In this document: positions 16,341 to 25,429 of the stretch, piece by piece
Layout of the letters: each line of letters opens with the position of its first letter
Numbering within the stretch: position 1 is the stretch's first letter
Origin: Sumerlaeia bacterium
GTDB lineage: Bacteria > Sumerlaeota > Sumerlaeia > SLMS01 > JAHLLQ01
DNA length: 64,000 bases
Direction of reading: 5' to 3'
NCBI GenBank assembly: GCA_040219255.1
Contig: JAVJSW010000073.1
Span: forward strand, 1-64,000
The notes under the pieces: generated by a model
The model's database searches: none
Told to the model about the DNA's origin: nothing
Seen by the model: only the letters and a program-made list of their open reading frames with translations
Position numbers and translations under genes: made by a program

Positions 16341-17301
16341 GACCCAACCGTCTTCGTCCATGTCCGTTCCTCGGGGAAAGTGGGTCGGCGTGCCCCTTGG
16401 GGCCATCGCCATCGTGGCCGGAGCCATCCTGTGGAGCACCGGCGGCGTCAGCGTCAAATGGCTCCAGGCGGACGCACCGCACGTTTCAGGCCTCGCCGTC
16501 AGCAGCGGCCGCGCCATTTTTACGGCACTATTCTTTCTCGCTCTCGCCCGGGGGCGCATTGGCATGCCGCGCCGGGGCAGGGGCTGGTTTCTGGCGGGGG
16601 TGCTGACGTATGCTTATGTGGTGACGAGCTTCGTGCTCTCGACGCGCCTGACCACCGCCGCGAACGCGATTCTGCTGCAATACACGGCGCCGATTTGGGT
16701 CATGCTGGTGGGCTGGCCGCTGCTGGGCGAGAAGCCCTCGCCGCGCGATGGGCTGGCTCTGTTCCTTGGGGGCATCGGCGTGGTGCTTTGCTGCCAGGAG
16801 GGCCTGCGGCTGCCAGGCCAAGGCGGCTCGGGCTTCAGCCGTCAGGCTCTCGGCGATCTGATGGGCCTCAGCAGTGGCGTGGCGTTCGGACTTTTCTCCG
16901 TGGTGCTGCGGTTTCTCAGGCGCGACGAGGGCGCGGGCGTGCGCCCGGCCACATCGCTGGCGATTCTGTTCTGGGGCAATGCGCTGGCGGCTCTCATCGG
17001 CGGACCGGCCCTCGTCGCCGCGTGGGCCGAATCGCCCCTTCCGGCCGCCGCTGTGGGCGTGCTGATCTGGCTCGGCGTGGGGCAGCTGGGGCTGGGTTAT
17101 TACCTGTTCCAGCGCGGCCTTCGCAGCGTCACCGCGCTCCACGCCAACATGCTTTCGCTGATCGAGCCGGTGTTGAACCCGGTCTGGGTGGCCTGGGCGG
17201 TGCATGAAATCCCCAGCCGGGGCACTCTCCTGGGCGGGGCTTTCGTGCTGGGGGCGATGGTGCTCAGCGCGTTGCCGGGTCGTTCGCGGCGACCACGATG
17301 A
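16339..17301 (+). CDS. EamA/DMT-family transporter
   Basis: Ten hydrophobic segments, LWSTGG, TTAANAILLQYTAP, LIEPVLNPVWV. Alternative start at 16360. Confidence 0.88.
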   Translation: MTQPSSSMSVPRGKWVGVPLGAIAIVAGAILWSTGGVSVKWLQADAPHVSGLAVSSGRAIFTALFFLALARGRIGMPRRGRGWFLAGVLTYAYVVTSFVLSTRLTTAANAILLQYTAPIWVMLVGWPLLGEKPSPRDGLALFLGGIGVVLCCQEGLRLPGQGGSGFSRQALGDLMGLSSGVAFGLFSVVLRFLRRDEGAGVRPATSLAILFWGNALAALIGGPALVAAWAESPLPAAAVGVLIWLGVGQLGLGYYLFQRGLRSVTALHANMLSLIEPVLNPVWVAWAVHEIPSRGTLLGGAFVLGAMVLSALPGRSRRPR

Positions 17302-17965
17302 GACCGAAGAGTTCGGCGGTGTCTTTCGCGACATAGCCGAAGGCGGAAAGTTCCTGGCGCGAACCCGTGCCCCAGTTCACCCCGACAAACGGCACGCCGG
17401 CCCGCCTCGCCGCTTCGGCGTCGGGCAGGCTGTCGCCCACCATCACCGCGCGCTCGGTACCCGCAGCCTGGCGCAGGCGCTCGATTCCGCCGGGGTCGGG
17501 TTTCAGGGGAATTTCCTGGCTGTTCAATTCGGCCCCGGCGCCCACCACAAAATCCACCAGCGGCGTCAGGCCCGTGCCCTCCGCCACCAGGGTTGTCAGG
17601 CCGTGCGCTTTGTTGCTGAGGACGGCGAGTTGGAAGCCCCAGGACCGCAGCTTCTGGAGAACGACGTCGATGCCGTCGAAGAACCTTGCATGATCGACCG
17701 GATGGGCTTCGTAATAGGCGAAGGTGTCGGCGACGAAGGCCTCGAAGGCGGCGGCGTCACTGTGCTCTGGCGCGCTTGTTGGCAAGGCCCGTTCGCAGAG
17801 CTTTCGTAAACCGTTGCCCACCATGCCATGGATGGCGTCATGATCGTGCTCCGGATATTCGCGCCGGGCGAGCGCGTGGTTGACGGCGGCACGAATGTCG
17901 CCGAAGGCATCGACCAGCGTTCCATCGAGATCGAAAACAATCAGCGCGTTCGGCGAATCTCTCAC
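17264..17965 (-). CDS. HAD-family hydrolase (phosphoglycolate phosphatase-like)
   Basis: FDLDGTLVD, LSNK, KPDP, MVGDSLPD. GTG start after AAGGGG. Confidence 0.88.
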   Translation of the reverse strand: MRDSPNALIVFDLDGTLVDAFGDIRAAVNHALARREYPEHDHDAIHGMVGNGLRKLCERALPTSAPEHSDAAAFEAFVADTFAYYEAHPVDHARFFDGIDVVLQKLRSWGFQLAVLSNKAHGLTTLVAEGTGLTPLVDFVVGAGAELNSQEIPLKPDPGGIERLRQAAGTERAVMVGDSLPDAEAARRAGVPFVGVNWGTGSRQELSAFGYVAKDTAELFGLIVVAANDPATR

Positions 17966-17995
17966 GGAAGAACCCCTTTTCCCGCAGTGTCTCAC

Positions 17996-18955
17996 ATGCC
18001 CGCCCACCAGATTCCGGACGAAGCGACGTCACCGGAGCCGTCACCGGCGCCCGCGTCAACGGAGGTTTCCCCCGCCGAGGCGGGATGGCGCAGCCCGGTG
18101 CTGACGGCGCGTTTCGTCCTGAACCCGCTGATCGCGGCGGAAATCCGCCGCTGGCGCGCCCGGCCCTTCAGCTATGGCGGCATGCTGGTGTTCGTGTTCG
18201 TCAGCATTTGCCTTCTGCTCTATAGCCAGCAGATCGGCGGCTGGTTTTCCCGCGTCTTCGGGGCCCGGGGTGGCGGACTTTTCGGGGCCCTGCCGAGCGC
18301 CGACAATCTGCGCCAGGCCTTTGGCGGCGACCTCGGCCGCATCGTCTCCTCGCTCTGGCAACTCATCATCCGCCCCAGCACGCTTCTGCCCGTGATGATG
18401 GTCTGGCGGGCGCTGGTCAGCCTGCGCGAGCCCGGGCTCTACGAGCCCTTCCGGCTCACCTACCTTTCGCCCGCCGAATTTCTCTGGGGCATCGTGGCGG
18501 TGCCGTTCTTCATCTCCTCGCTGATCCTCATCGGCTACACTGGCATCGTCATCGGCCCGCGGATCATCGACAGCTACTACTACTCCATTCCGGGCTCGCA
18601 GGGCACGCTCTTCTACACCCAGATCGTCGCCGGAATCCTGCTCGAGGGGTCCGCCAATGGCGCCCTCATTTCCTTTGTGGCACTGTTCTACGGCATTCGG
18701 GGAAAGGCGAGGTTGTCGGCCTTGATGCCGCTCGTCGTGGCGGTCTTCGTGATTCAGTTGGCCCAGGCGCTCGCCTTCATCCACTGGGACCACATCCAGC
18801 AGTTCCTCCGGCTGCCCCGGTTGCCCTTCGCAGAAATCCCCAAGGACTTCGATCAACGCTGGCGTTATTTACTCATCGGCGCCGTCAAGCTGGTACTGGC
18901 CATCGGGCTCTACGGGATCACGCTGCAGCGCCTCTCCCATCCGCCGGAGCGATAA
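17996..18955 (+). CDS. Membrane protein, ABC-2 permease-like (paralogue 1)
   Basis: LNPLIAAEIRRWR, then TM helices, and EPFRLTYLSPAEFLWG. Confidence 0.6.
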   Translation: MPAHQIPDEATSPEPSPAPASTEVSPAEAGWRSPVLTARFVLNPLIAAEIRRWRARPFSYGGMLVFVFVSICLLLYSQQIGGWFSRVFGARGGGLFGALPSADNLRQAFGGDLGRIVSSLWQLIIRPSTLLPVMMVWRALVSLREPGLYEPFRLTYLSPAEFLWGIVAVPFFISSLILIGYTGIVIGPRIIDSYYYSIPGSQGTLFYTQIVAGILLEGSANGALISFVALFYGIRGKARLSALMPLVVAVFVIQLAQALAFIHWDHIQQFLRLPRLPFAEIPKDFDQRWRYLLIGAVKLVLAIGLYGITLQRLSHPPER

Positions 18956-18961
18956 CGGGTA

Positions 18962-19825
18962 ATGGCTTGGCTTCACCGGTCGCGGGCGTCGCGCAGACGG
19001 TTTCTGAAGGAATTCCGCGAGAACCCCGTGCTCGCCCGCGAGGGCCGCATGCTTCGCCGGGGCTGGCTCCAATGGCTCCTGATCGTCGCCGGCGTCTGGT
19101 TGCCGGTGGCGCTGCTGACGCGGGTGTTTCTGTACACTCTCACCGGTGGCGCGATGGCCGGCTTGCCGTTGGTCCTCCTGATGGTTGTGGACACCCTGGG
19201 TCTCGTCTTCCGTCCCGATATTTTCCTCGGATTTTTCGTCGTGTACCGTATGGCGGCGAACGAGGGCTGGGAGCAAATGCGCGAACCGCTCGCCCTCACC
19301 TTCCTCGGCGAGCGCCAGATCGCCGTCAGCAAATTCGCCGTGCCCTTCGCCCTGCTGGCGGGCCTGAACCTGCTCGCGGCACCGTTCTATTACTGGCAGT
19401 TCTTCGCCACCGAGCAATACTTCGTTCCTATCGAACGGTGGGGCATCGGCGAGATTTCCACTGGCGCGCTCCTGGTGCCTTTCGCCGTGTGCGAGGACAT
19501 TTTCTTCGCCGCCCTGGTGGTGCTGGTGGCGATGAACGCCTACCTGTTCCGGCATCAGCCCCTTTGGGAAACCATCAAAGGCGTCGGCGTGATGGCGCTC
19601 GTGGGGCTGGCGGCGTCGCTCGCTTCGCTGGTCACCCTCTTCATCCCGGTGCAGTGGTACCTCAGCGTCGGCCGCCACTGGGGCTGGGTCCATCTCATGG
19701 AGAACGCCGTTTTTTTCGCCGTCGTGTTCCCGGTTCAGTGGCTTCTGATTCTGTACTTTTGGCGGCGGACGGTGCGGAACCTGGGGCGGTGGCTGCACGA
19801 GGAACCGGGCGGGGGCGGGGGCTAA
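18962..19825 (+). CDS. Membrane protein, ABC-2 permease-like (paralogue 2)
   Basis: ENPVLAREGR, EPLALTFLGERQIAVSKF, about six TM segments. Confidence 0.62.
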   Translation: MAWLHRSRASRRRFLKEFRENPVLAREGRMLRRGWLQWLLIVAGVWLPVALLTRVFLYTLTGGAMAGLPLVLLMVVDTLGLVFRPDIFLGFFVVYRMAANEGWEQMREPLALTFLGERQIAVSKFAVPFALLAGLNLLAAPFYYWQFFATEQYFVPIERWGIGEISTGALLVPFAVCEDIFFAALVVLVAMNAYLFRHQPLWETIKGVGVMALVGLAASLASLVTLFIPVQWYLSVGRHWGWVHLMENAVFFAVVFPVQWLLILYFWRRTVRNLGRWLHEEPGGGGG

Positions 19826-21441
19826 TTCGGCGGCGCGGTCCAGACCTCGCCGAAGGGCAGCCCGCGGACGGTGCGCTCGAAGATCGACTGCCAGAGGGCG
19901 GGGGTGGCGTAGAGGAGGACGATGAAGGCGAGGTAAAGGGGCGGGGGGATGTCGTCATACTGGACTGTCAAGACCATGGGGAGCCAGCAAGCGACAGCCA
20001 CACCGGAATGCACCAAGGCAACGAGGCGGCCGCGAACCGCGATATGACTCCAGATCGCGAAGGCGGCGCTGGCCCAGAGAAGACCCGCCAGGGCCATGCT
20101 CCAGCCGGTCAGTTCGCGGCGGCCAAAGAATTCCCAGATGCCCAGGTCGGCTTCCCGGAGGACCACCAGGGACAGTGCGAAGAACCCCACATAGATCAGC
20201 CCGGGAAGCCAGAGCACCGCCAGGAACGTCCCGATGGGCGCGCCGCTTACGATGAGTAATCGCTTTTCTTTTCTGGCTTTGCGGAGGAAGGTCTGCACAA
20301 ACAGAAAGAAGCTGAAGGCGAACAGCATCAGCGAACTCATCGGCAGAATATCGAGGCCGCTCCAAGCGAACCCGCTGAAAAGCCAGGGCGGTAGTACGGC
20401 ACACACGAGGGCGGTGTACAGGGCCCAGAATCCCGCCGGGACGGCCAGGCGCAGCCGGAAGCGGCGGGGAAAGGCCGCCCTCAGGATCTCGCTGACTTGG
20501 GTCCGCAGTTCCCTCCGATACCACCGGATGCCCTCGTGCCCCACGATCGTGTATCGGATGTAGGGCTCGAGATCGAAATTGCGCAAGAACAGCGTCGGCG
20601 CGAATCGGCCTGCCGACACCATCAGGTGGAGCACCAGAAGCCCCGTCAGGAAGTACTGGGCGAAATAGAGAGCGGTCAGGGGAGCTTCCGGCCCGACGCT
20701 GGCATGATCGAACGGCTGCCCGATAAACATCAGGTAGCACAGGAAGTAGGCCAGGAAAATCGCCGGCCCCGCCACCAGGATCAGCACCCGGTTGCTCCAC
20801 AGATAGAACCACACCTTCAGCGTCACGCAGACCGCCGCCACGGCCCACAGCACCAGCAAACCGGACAGCAGCACATTCTGCGCGCCCGTGGCTTCGAGGG
20901 TCTGTGACAGGCTGCGGATCGAGTCTTGCAGCAACGATGGCGGCACGTTGGCGCCGTAAGCCTCGTAGTAATCCACCGCCACCCGTCTCGCCAGCAGATG
21001 GCCACAAAGGCCGAACAGCGCGTGCGCCAGGGCCAGACCCAGCGGCACGATCATCGAGACGCCAACCGCCGTGGCGACGGAACCGTAGGCCATCTCGCGG
21101 GGCGTCAGACGCGTCAGGATCAAGTCCTCGAGCCAGCGGCGGCTACGCCAGCGCCTGGAAAAGACCAGCAGGTTCAGCGGCGGCAGGAGCAGGATACTGG
21201 CGAACCAGGCGCCGCGCAGCATTTCCGCGACGGGATGGCTGGCGGTGAAACTGGAGGCGGGGGAGAGGTAGAGGGCGAGAACCGTCAGATTCGCCCCGCC
21301 GGCGGCGAACCATTGGAGAATGACCCAAGCGCGCACAATCCCGGACGAGCGCCAGAAGGACGTCGCCACGGCGAGCGGATTGTCGCCGCGCCCGCGGTCG
21401 AGCGCCCACACCGCGCGCAGTCTCGCGAATGCCGAAATCAA
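19822..21441 (-). CDS. Membrane protein, ABC-2 permease-like, extended (paralogue 3)
   Basis: DNPLAV, EDLILTRLTPREMAYG, about 12 TM segments. Start set at the TTG overlapping the upstream stop (TTGA); the longer track ORF runs through another gene. Confidence 0.6.
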   Translation of the reverse strand: MISAFARLRAVWALDRGRGDNPLAVATSFWRSSGIVRAWVILQWFAAGGANLTVLALYLSPASSFTASHPVAEMLRGAWFASILLLPPLNLLVFSRRWRSRRWLEDLILTRLTPREMAYGSVATAVGVSMIVPLGLALAHALFGLCGHLLARRVAVDYYEAYGANVPPSLLQDSIRSLSQTLEATGAQNVLLSGLLVLWAVAAVCVTLKVWFYLWSNRVLILVAGPAIFLAYFLCYLMFIGQPFDHASVGPEAPLTALYFAQYFLTGLLVLHLMVSAGRFAPTLFLRNFDLEPYIRYTIVGHEGIRWYRRELRTQVSEILRAAFPRRFRLRLAVPAGFWALYTALVCAVLPPWLFSGFAWSGLDILPMSSLMLFAFSFFLFVQTFLRKARKEKRLLIVSGAPIGTFLAVLWLPGLIYVGFFALSLVVLREADLGIWEFFGRRELTGWSMALAGLLWASAAFAIWSHIAVRGRLVALVHSGVAVACWLPMVLTVQYDDIPPPLYLAFIVLLYATPALWQSIFERTVRGLPFGEVWTAPPN

Positions 21442-22292
21442 TGCCGCGCACGCGCCTCCGCGAGGCGGTTGCTCAGATGCTCGAAGAACCCGCCGGCCAT
21501 GCCGAGCTTGAGAAGCGTCAGCAGCGGCAGAATGATCAGGGCGCTCGCCGGCCAAGCCAGGACCCCCAGAATCAACAGTGGAATCCAGAGCAGCACGCCC
21601 AGAAACATCAGCACGACAGCGATGCGGGGAAGAGGGCTGTCGCCCCTGCCGTAGGTCATGGCGATCGCCAGAGCACCCGTACTGAGGATGCTCGCGGCCA
21701 GGTGAGGGAAATGGAGCAACGCCAGCGGAATCAAGAAGCCGGACGGCAGGACCGGGTCCTCCGGAAAGAACAGCGACCAGATCACGAGGCTTGGCCATAG
21801 GGTCAGCGACGCGCACAGGATGGGGAGCAAGGAACCGGTCAACAGGCCCCAGGCGATTTCGTCGGGCTTGAGCGGCGTGACCGCCAGTTCCTCCATCAGG
21901 CCCGGCTGAGTCGCCTTCTGGGTTGCGGAGATTCCCGCCAGCAGCGCCCAGAGCACCGCGATGAAATGACTGAAGACGATGACGCCGAGGATCAGACCGC
22001 GGCCGAGCCAGACATCCTGCTTGCCCAGGAGCAGGCCCGCGGGCGGCAGCAGCAACCCGAAGAAGAGCCCCAGAAACAACGCCCACAGCCACAGGTGCGA
22101 GGCGAAGGGACCGAGCCGGCGCCGCGTCCGGGCCCAGAGGCGGAAGAACATGGGGTTGGAGGAGGGGTCGCGCAGAAAGAGCGAGACGAAATGGCTGAAC
22201 TCGCCCGAGAAAACGCTGGGGATGGCGTTGTCGCGCTCGAAGTCGCCGGGGATCGACCGGATCGGTTCGTAGACGCCGCTTTCCGAATACAT
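21438..22292 (-). CDS. Membrane protein, ABC-2 permease-like (paralogue 4)
   Basis: SNPMFFRLW, EELAVTPLKPDEIAWG, about six TM segments. Confidence 0.62.
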   Translation of the reverse strand: MYSESGVYEPIRSIPGDFERDNAIPSVFSGEFSHFVSLFLRDPSSNPMFFRLWARTRRRLGPFASHLWLWALFLGLFFGLLLPPAGLLLGKQDVWLGRGLILGVIVFSHFIAVLWALLAGISATQKATQPGLMEELAVTPLKPDEIAWGLLTGSLLPILCASLTLWPSLVIWSLFFPEDPVLPSGFLIPLALLHFPHLAASILSTGALAIAMTYGRGDSPLPRIAVVLMFLGVLLWIPLLILGVLAWPASALIILPLLTLLKLGMAGGFFEHLSNRLAEARARH

Positions 22293-22569
22293 GAGACCCG
22301 GCCCCGCTCCTGCCTAGAGAGTCGAATAGATGACGAAACAAGTGGGGTGCAGGTGTCGAGGGAAATGGGGGCGGAGGAGAAGCGTCCGAATTCTTCTGGT
22401 CAGCATGACTAAATTAGACCGGTCTTGTGCAGCGCTTCGAATACTTTCTGTACAAAAAAAGCCACCTTGTTTGAAAGGGCGCTTCAGGGAGATTTTTTGA
22501 TTCGAGTCTGAATTAGTCTGGTTTTCCATAGAGAAGATTGAAAAACATGGCGTTGTGCTATGTCAAAAA

Positions 22570-22608
22570 CAACAACCCGTTACAAACGGAGAATGGCACG
22601 TCTTTCGA
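22570..22608 (+). promoter_or_regulatory. Possible sigma54 promoter with an adjacent IHF-like site
   Basis: TGGCACG-N4-TCGA at 22594-22608 (perfect -24 element, deviant -12), preceded by CAACAACCCGTTA (CAAnnnnTTR core) in an AT-rich 400-nt gap. Confidence 0.35.
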
Positions 22609-22692
22609 GTAAGGGAGGGCATCAGTCAGAGCGGCTCCCCATCGAGCCCCTGCACCTTGAGAGTTTGATTGTGAAATCAGGAGATTACGACC

Positions 22693-22950
22693 ATGTCGAA
22701 GCTTGCAAACAACGGCGGACTGACCATTCGCGACATCGCCCGCATTACGGGCTATAGCCGTTCCACGGTTTCTCTGGCCATCAACGATAGCGACAAGATC
22801 AACGTCGAGACGAAGAAGCTGATCATGGAAACGATCGGCCGTGTCGGCTACAGCCCCAACCCCGCCGCCCGCGCCCTGGGTATCCGCAGCCGCCAGGTTG
22901 TGGCCGCCCGCAAGGCCCAGACCGGTCCGTCCCTCAGCCACGTCGCCTGA
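22693..22950 (+). CDS. Stand-alone LacI-type helix-turn-helix protein (85 aa)
   Basis: TIRDIARITGYSRSTVSLAIN...VGYSPNPAARAL includes the hinge helix. No effector domain. AGGAG RBS. Confidence 0.85.
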   Translation: MSKLANNGGLTIRDIARITGYSRSTVSLAINDSDKINVETKKLIMETIGRVGYSPNPAARALGIRSRQVVAARKAQTGPSLSHVA

Positions 22951-23018
22951 GAACCGCCGCCTCCGGGAAGGCTCTTCTTCCTAAAGGCCCCATGACTGAG
23001 CCCGGGCCCGGGTCCTTT

Positions 23019-23588
23019 TCAGCTGTTCTTCAACACGGCCATACAGGCCCGGGTCACTGGTGAGCTTTGCGCGCGCAGCTTGCCCTTGATCCGCCCGTAA
23101 CGATGGCCCACCGCCGCATGCATAACCATTCCCATCAGTAAATGCGTAGTCAGGATCGCGTCCTGTTCGGGGATTTCCCCGGACGTGATGGCGTCCCGAA
23201 GCACATCCAGGAGCACGTCGGTCGGGTTCGCCATATCCCGGCGGACGTCTTCCAGGAGTACGTGACGGACGTTCATGACGAAGAGGAAACTCTTCGGATC
23301 GCGGTCGTACTCGGTGTAGAATCCTTCGATCATGGCGCCGAGCTTGCTTTCCATTGTGCCAGCGCCCTCTGCGGCGTGACGGAGAAGTTCGGCGTAATTT
23401 TCAAAATAATGAAAAAATAGCGCCCGCACCAGATCGTTTTTGCTGGCGTGGTGCCGATAGAGAGCGCCTTCCGTGACCCCCGCGCGCCGGGCGATGTCGC
23501 GGATGCTGGTGCCGTCGATTCCCTTTTCGACGAACAGTTCAAGGGCGGAGCGCTCGATCGCGTCCTTCTTCACGGCCGGTCTTGGCAC
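23019..23588 (-). CDS. TetR/AcrR-family transcriptional regulator
   Basis: ALELFVEKGIDGTSIRDIARRAGVTEGALYRHHASK. GGAG RBS before GTG. Confidence 0.92.
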   Translation of the reverse strand: MPRPAVKKDAIERSALELFVEKGIDGTSIRDIARRAGVTEGALYRHHASKNDLVRALFFHYFENYAELLRHAAEGAGTMESKLGAMIEGFYTEYDRDPKSFLFVMNVRHVLLEDVRRDMANPTDVLLDVLRDAITSGEIPEQDAILTTHLLMGMVMHAAVGHRYGRIKGKLRAQSSPVTRACMAVLKNS

Positions 23589-23700
23589 AGGCGCTTACTC
23601 CGTTCATTGCGGGAGCCGATTCCCAGATACAAGACCACAGCCTAGGGTGACGGACCCGTCCCGTCGCAAATGAAAAAACGAGCGTTCCTTTACTAATGCG

Positions 23701-25230
23701 TCACTGCGACGATTCTGAGGCCGTGGGCACGGGTCCCTCGTTCAGATTCACCAGGCGCATGGTCATCCAGACATTGAGGAAGAGCAGGATCGCGAGGGCA
23801 ACGAAGACCGCGGCGGTCAGAGTTCGGCGCCAAGCGTTGCGGCGCCGCGTGGTGCTCTCCGCGCCTTCCACCATGGCCACCAGTTCGTCGCGGGCCGTGC
23901 CATCGGGAAGGACTTCGGCCTCGATGCGGGCAAGGGCGATGTCGCCATTGACGATGGCGTCGCGGATCAGGTTTTCGCGGGCGCGCAGCAGCAGCACGCG
24001 GGCTTCCATGTTCCCGGGCCAGAGTTGGAGCGCGTGGTTGAGGTCGTAGATCAGGCGGGCGTGGTCGCGATAGCTCATTTCGGACCCGGTTCCGACGCGG
24101 TCTTGCAGGTTCTGGACGAGGGCCATCGATTCCTGGCGCCGCGCGGTGCCACGCAGGTAGTCTTGGAGGCGGTCGACGAATTCGGCGGCGGTCAATTTGC
24201 GTTCGCTGTGCTCGGCCACCATGGCTTTCAGGGCCAAATCCACGAGGTCTCGCGGGCTGTCGGCGCCGAGAGTCTTGGTGATGGGCCGGATTTCGCCCAG
24301 GGCGGCCTTGTAGAAGATCGAGCGGCTGTCCTCGCCCGGGTGGGGCGGCTGCTTGCTCAGCACATAGAACAGCGTTGCCCCCAGAAGGTAAACATCCGTC
24401 CATGGCCCCAGATCGCAGGCCGTGTCGGTGGTTTGCTCAGGCGCCATAAAGGCCAGGGTGCCGGAGGGATTTTGCGATCGGCGGCAATTGGGCAGGGGAT
24501 CCTCCAGAAGCGACGGCAGCTTTTCCGCCAGCAGTTCCTCGTCGAAGACCATGGCCAGACCCCAATCCATCAGGACCACTTCGCCGAATTCACCGACGGC
24601 CACCTGGTGGGGTTTGATGTCGCGGTGAATGATGCCTCGGCTGTGGGCAAAGGCCACCGCCTGGGCCACCTGGACCATGATGGGGAGGTGCTTCTCCAGG
24701 TAAGCGTCGCGCGAGAGCGTTTCGTATTCCGCCTTGATGAGTTCGTTCCACGGTTTGCCGCGGATGTACTTCATCGCGATGGCGGGGCGGTCGTCCCCGT
24801 CGCGCACCAGGTCATAGACGGGCACGATGTTGGGGTGCTCCAGCGCCGCCAGCGTCAGGGCTTCGTACTCGAAGCTTTCCTCCAGTTCCCGCAGCCGTTC
24901 CGGCGAATCGGCGACGGATGCGGTGATGTCCGGGCGGATCGCTTTGAGCGCGACGAGACGTCCCAGGCTGGCCTGCCGGGCCGCCCAGACTTCGCCAAAG
25001 CCGCCTTCGCCGATCACGTCGCGGTTCTTGAAGGTGCCCGAACCGCGGGCGATCCAGCCCGGCTCGCGCGTTGCCGCCATGGCGGGTAGCTCACTGGCCG
25101 AGGGCGGCAAGTCCAGCGAATCGCTCAGCGTCTCGGCATGCTTCGCCAGCCACGTGCGGCTCGCCCTCAGGGTCCGTCCCTCGGGGTCGGTGGGCAGATC
25201 GTCTGGCGTTTGAATGTCCGGTCGGGTCAT
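23701..25230 (-). CDS. Hanks-type Ser/Thr protein kinase with C-terminal TM anchor
   Basis: GEGGFGEVW, VALK, LEHPNIVPVYD, HRDIKPHQV, DWGLA, GTLAFMAPE, TDVYLLG. Confidence 0.9.
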   Translation of the reverse strand: MTRPDIQTPDDLPTDPEGRTLRASRTWLAKHAETLSDSLDLPPSASELPAMAATREPGWIARGSGTFKNRDVIGEGGFGEVWAARQASLGRLVALKAIRPDITASVADSPERLRELEESFEYEALTLAALEHPNIVPVYDLVRDGDDRPAIAMKYIRGKPWNELIKAEYETLSRDAYLEKHLPIMVQVAQAVAFAHSRGIIHRDIKPHQVAVGEFGEVVLMDWGLAMVFDEELLAEKLPSLLEDPLPNCRRSQNPSGTLAFMAPEQTTDTACDLGPWTDVYLLGATLFYVLSKQPPHPGEDSRSIFYKAALGEIRPITKTLGADSPRDLVDLALKAMVAEHSERKLTAAEFVDRLQDYLRGTARRQESMALVQNLQDRVGTGSEMSYRDHARLIYDLNHALQLWPGNMEARVLLLRARENLIRDAIVNGDIALARIEAEVLPDGTARDELVAMVEGAESTTRRRNAWRRTLTAAVFVALAILLFLNVWMTMRLVNLNEGPVPTASESSQ

Positions 25231-25429
25231 GGACGGGGGCAACCTGTGGGCCGGGGATGTGGTGCGCAATCTGCGGAGCAGAAGAAAGGCCGGGGGCCTC
25301 GCGCGGCAAGCCCGAGTTCGTGGATCCGGGCTTGCAACGCTCCGGCCCGGCCCTTTGAAATGCGCCCCGCAAGTCAGCGGCTTGCGCTAAGCCCAATTCT
25401 TCCAACTTCCCGTTAGGACTCCGCGATCC

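Noticed and set aside
14862-17207. 781-aa ORF and many other long overlapping ORFs in the track
   Set aside because: Arg/Pro/Gly-rich shadow frames of real genes, as expected in high-GC DNA, with no motifs.
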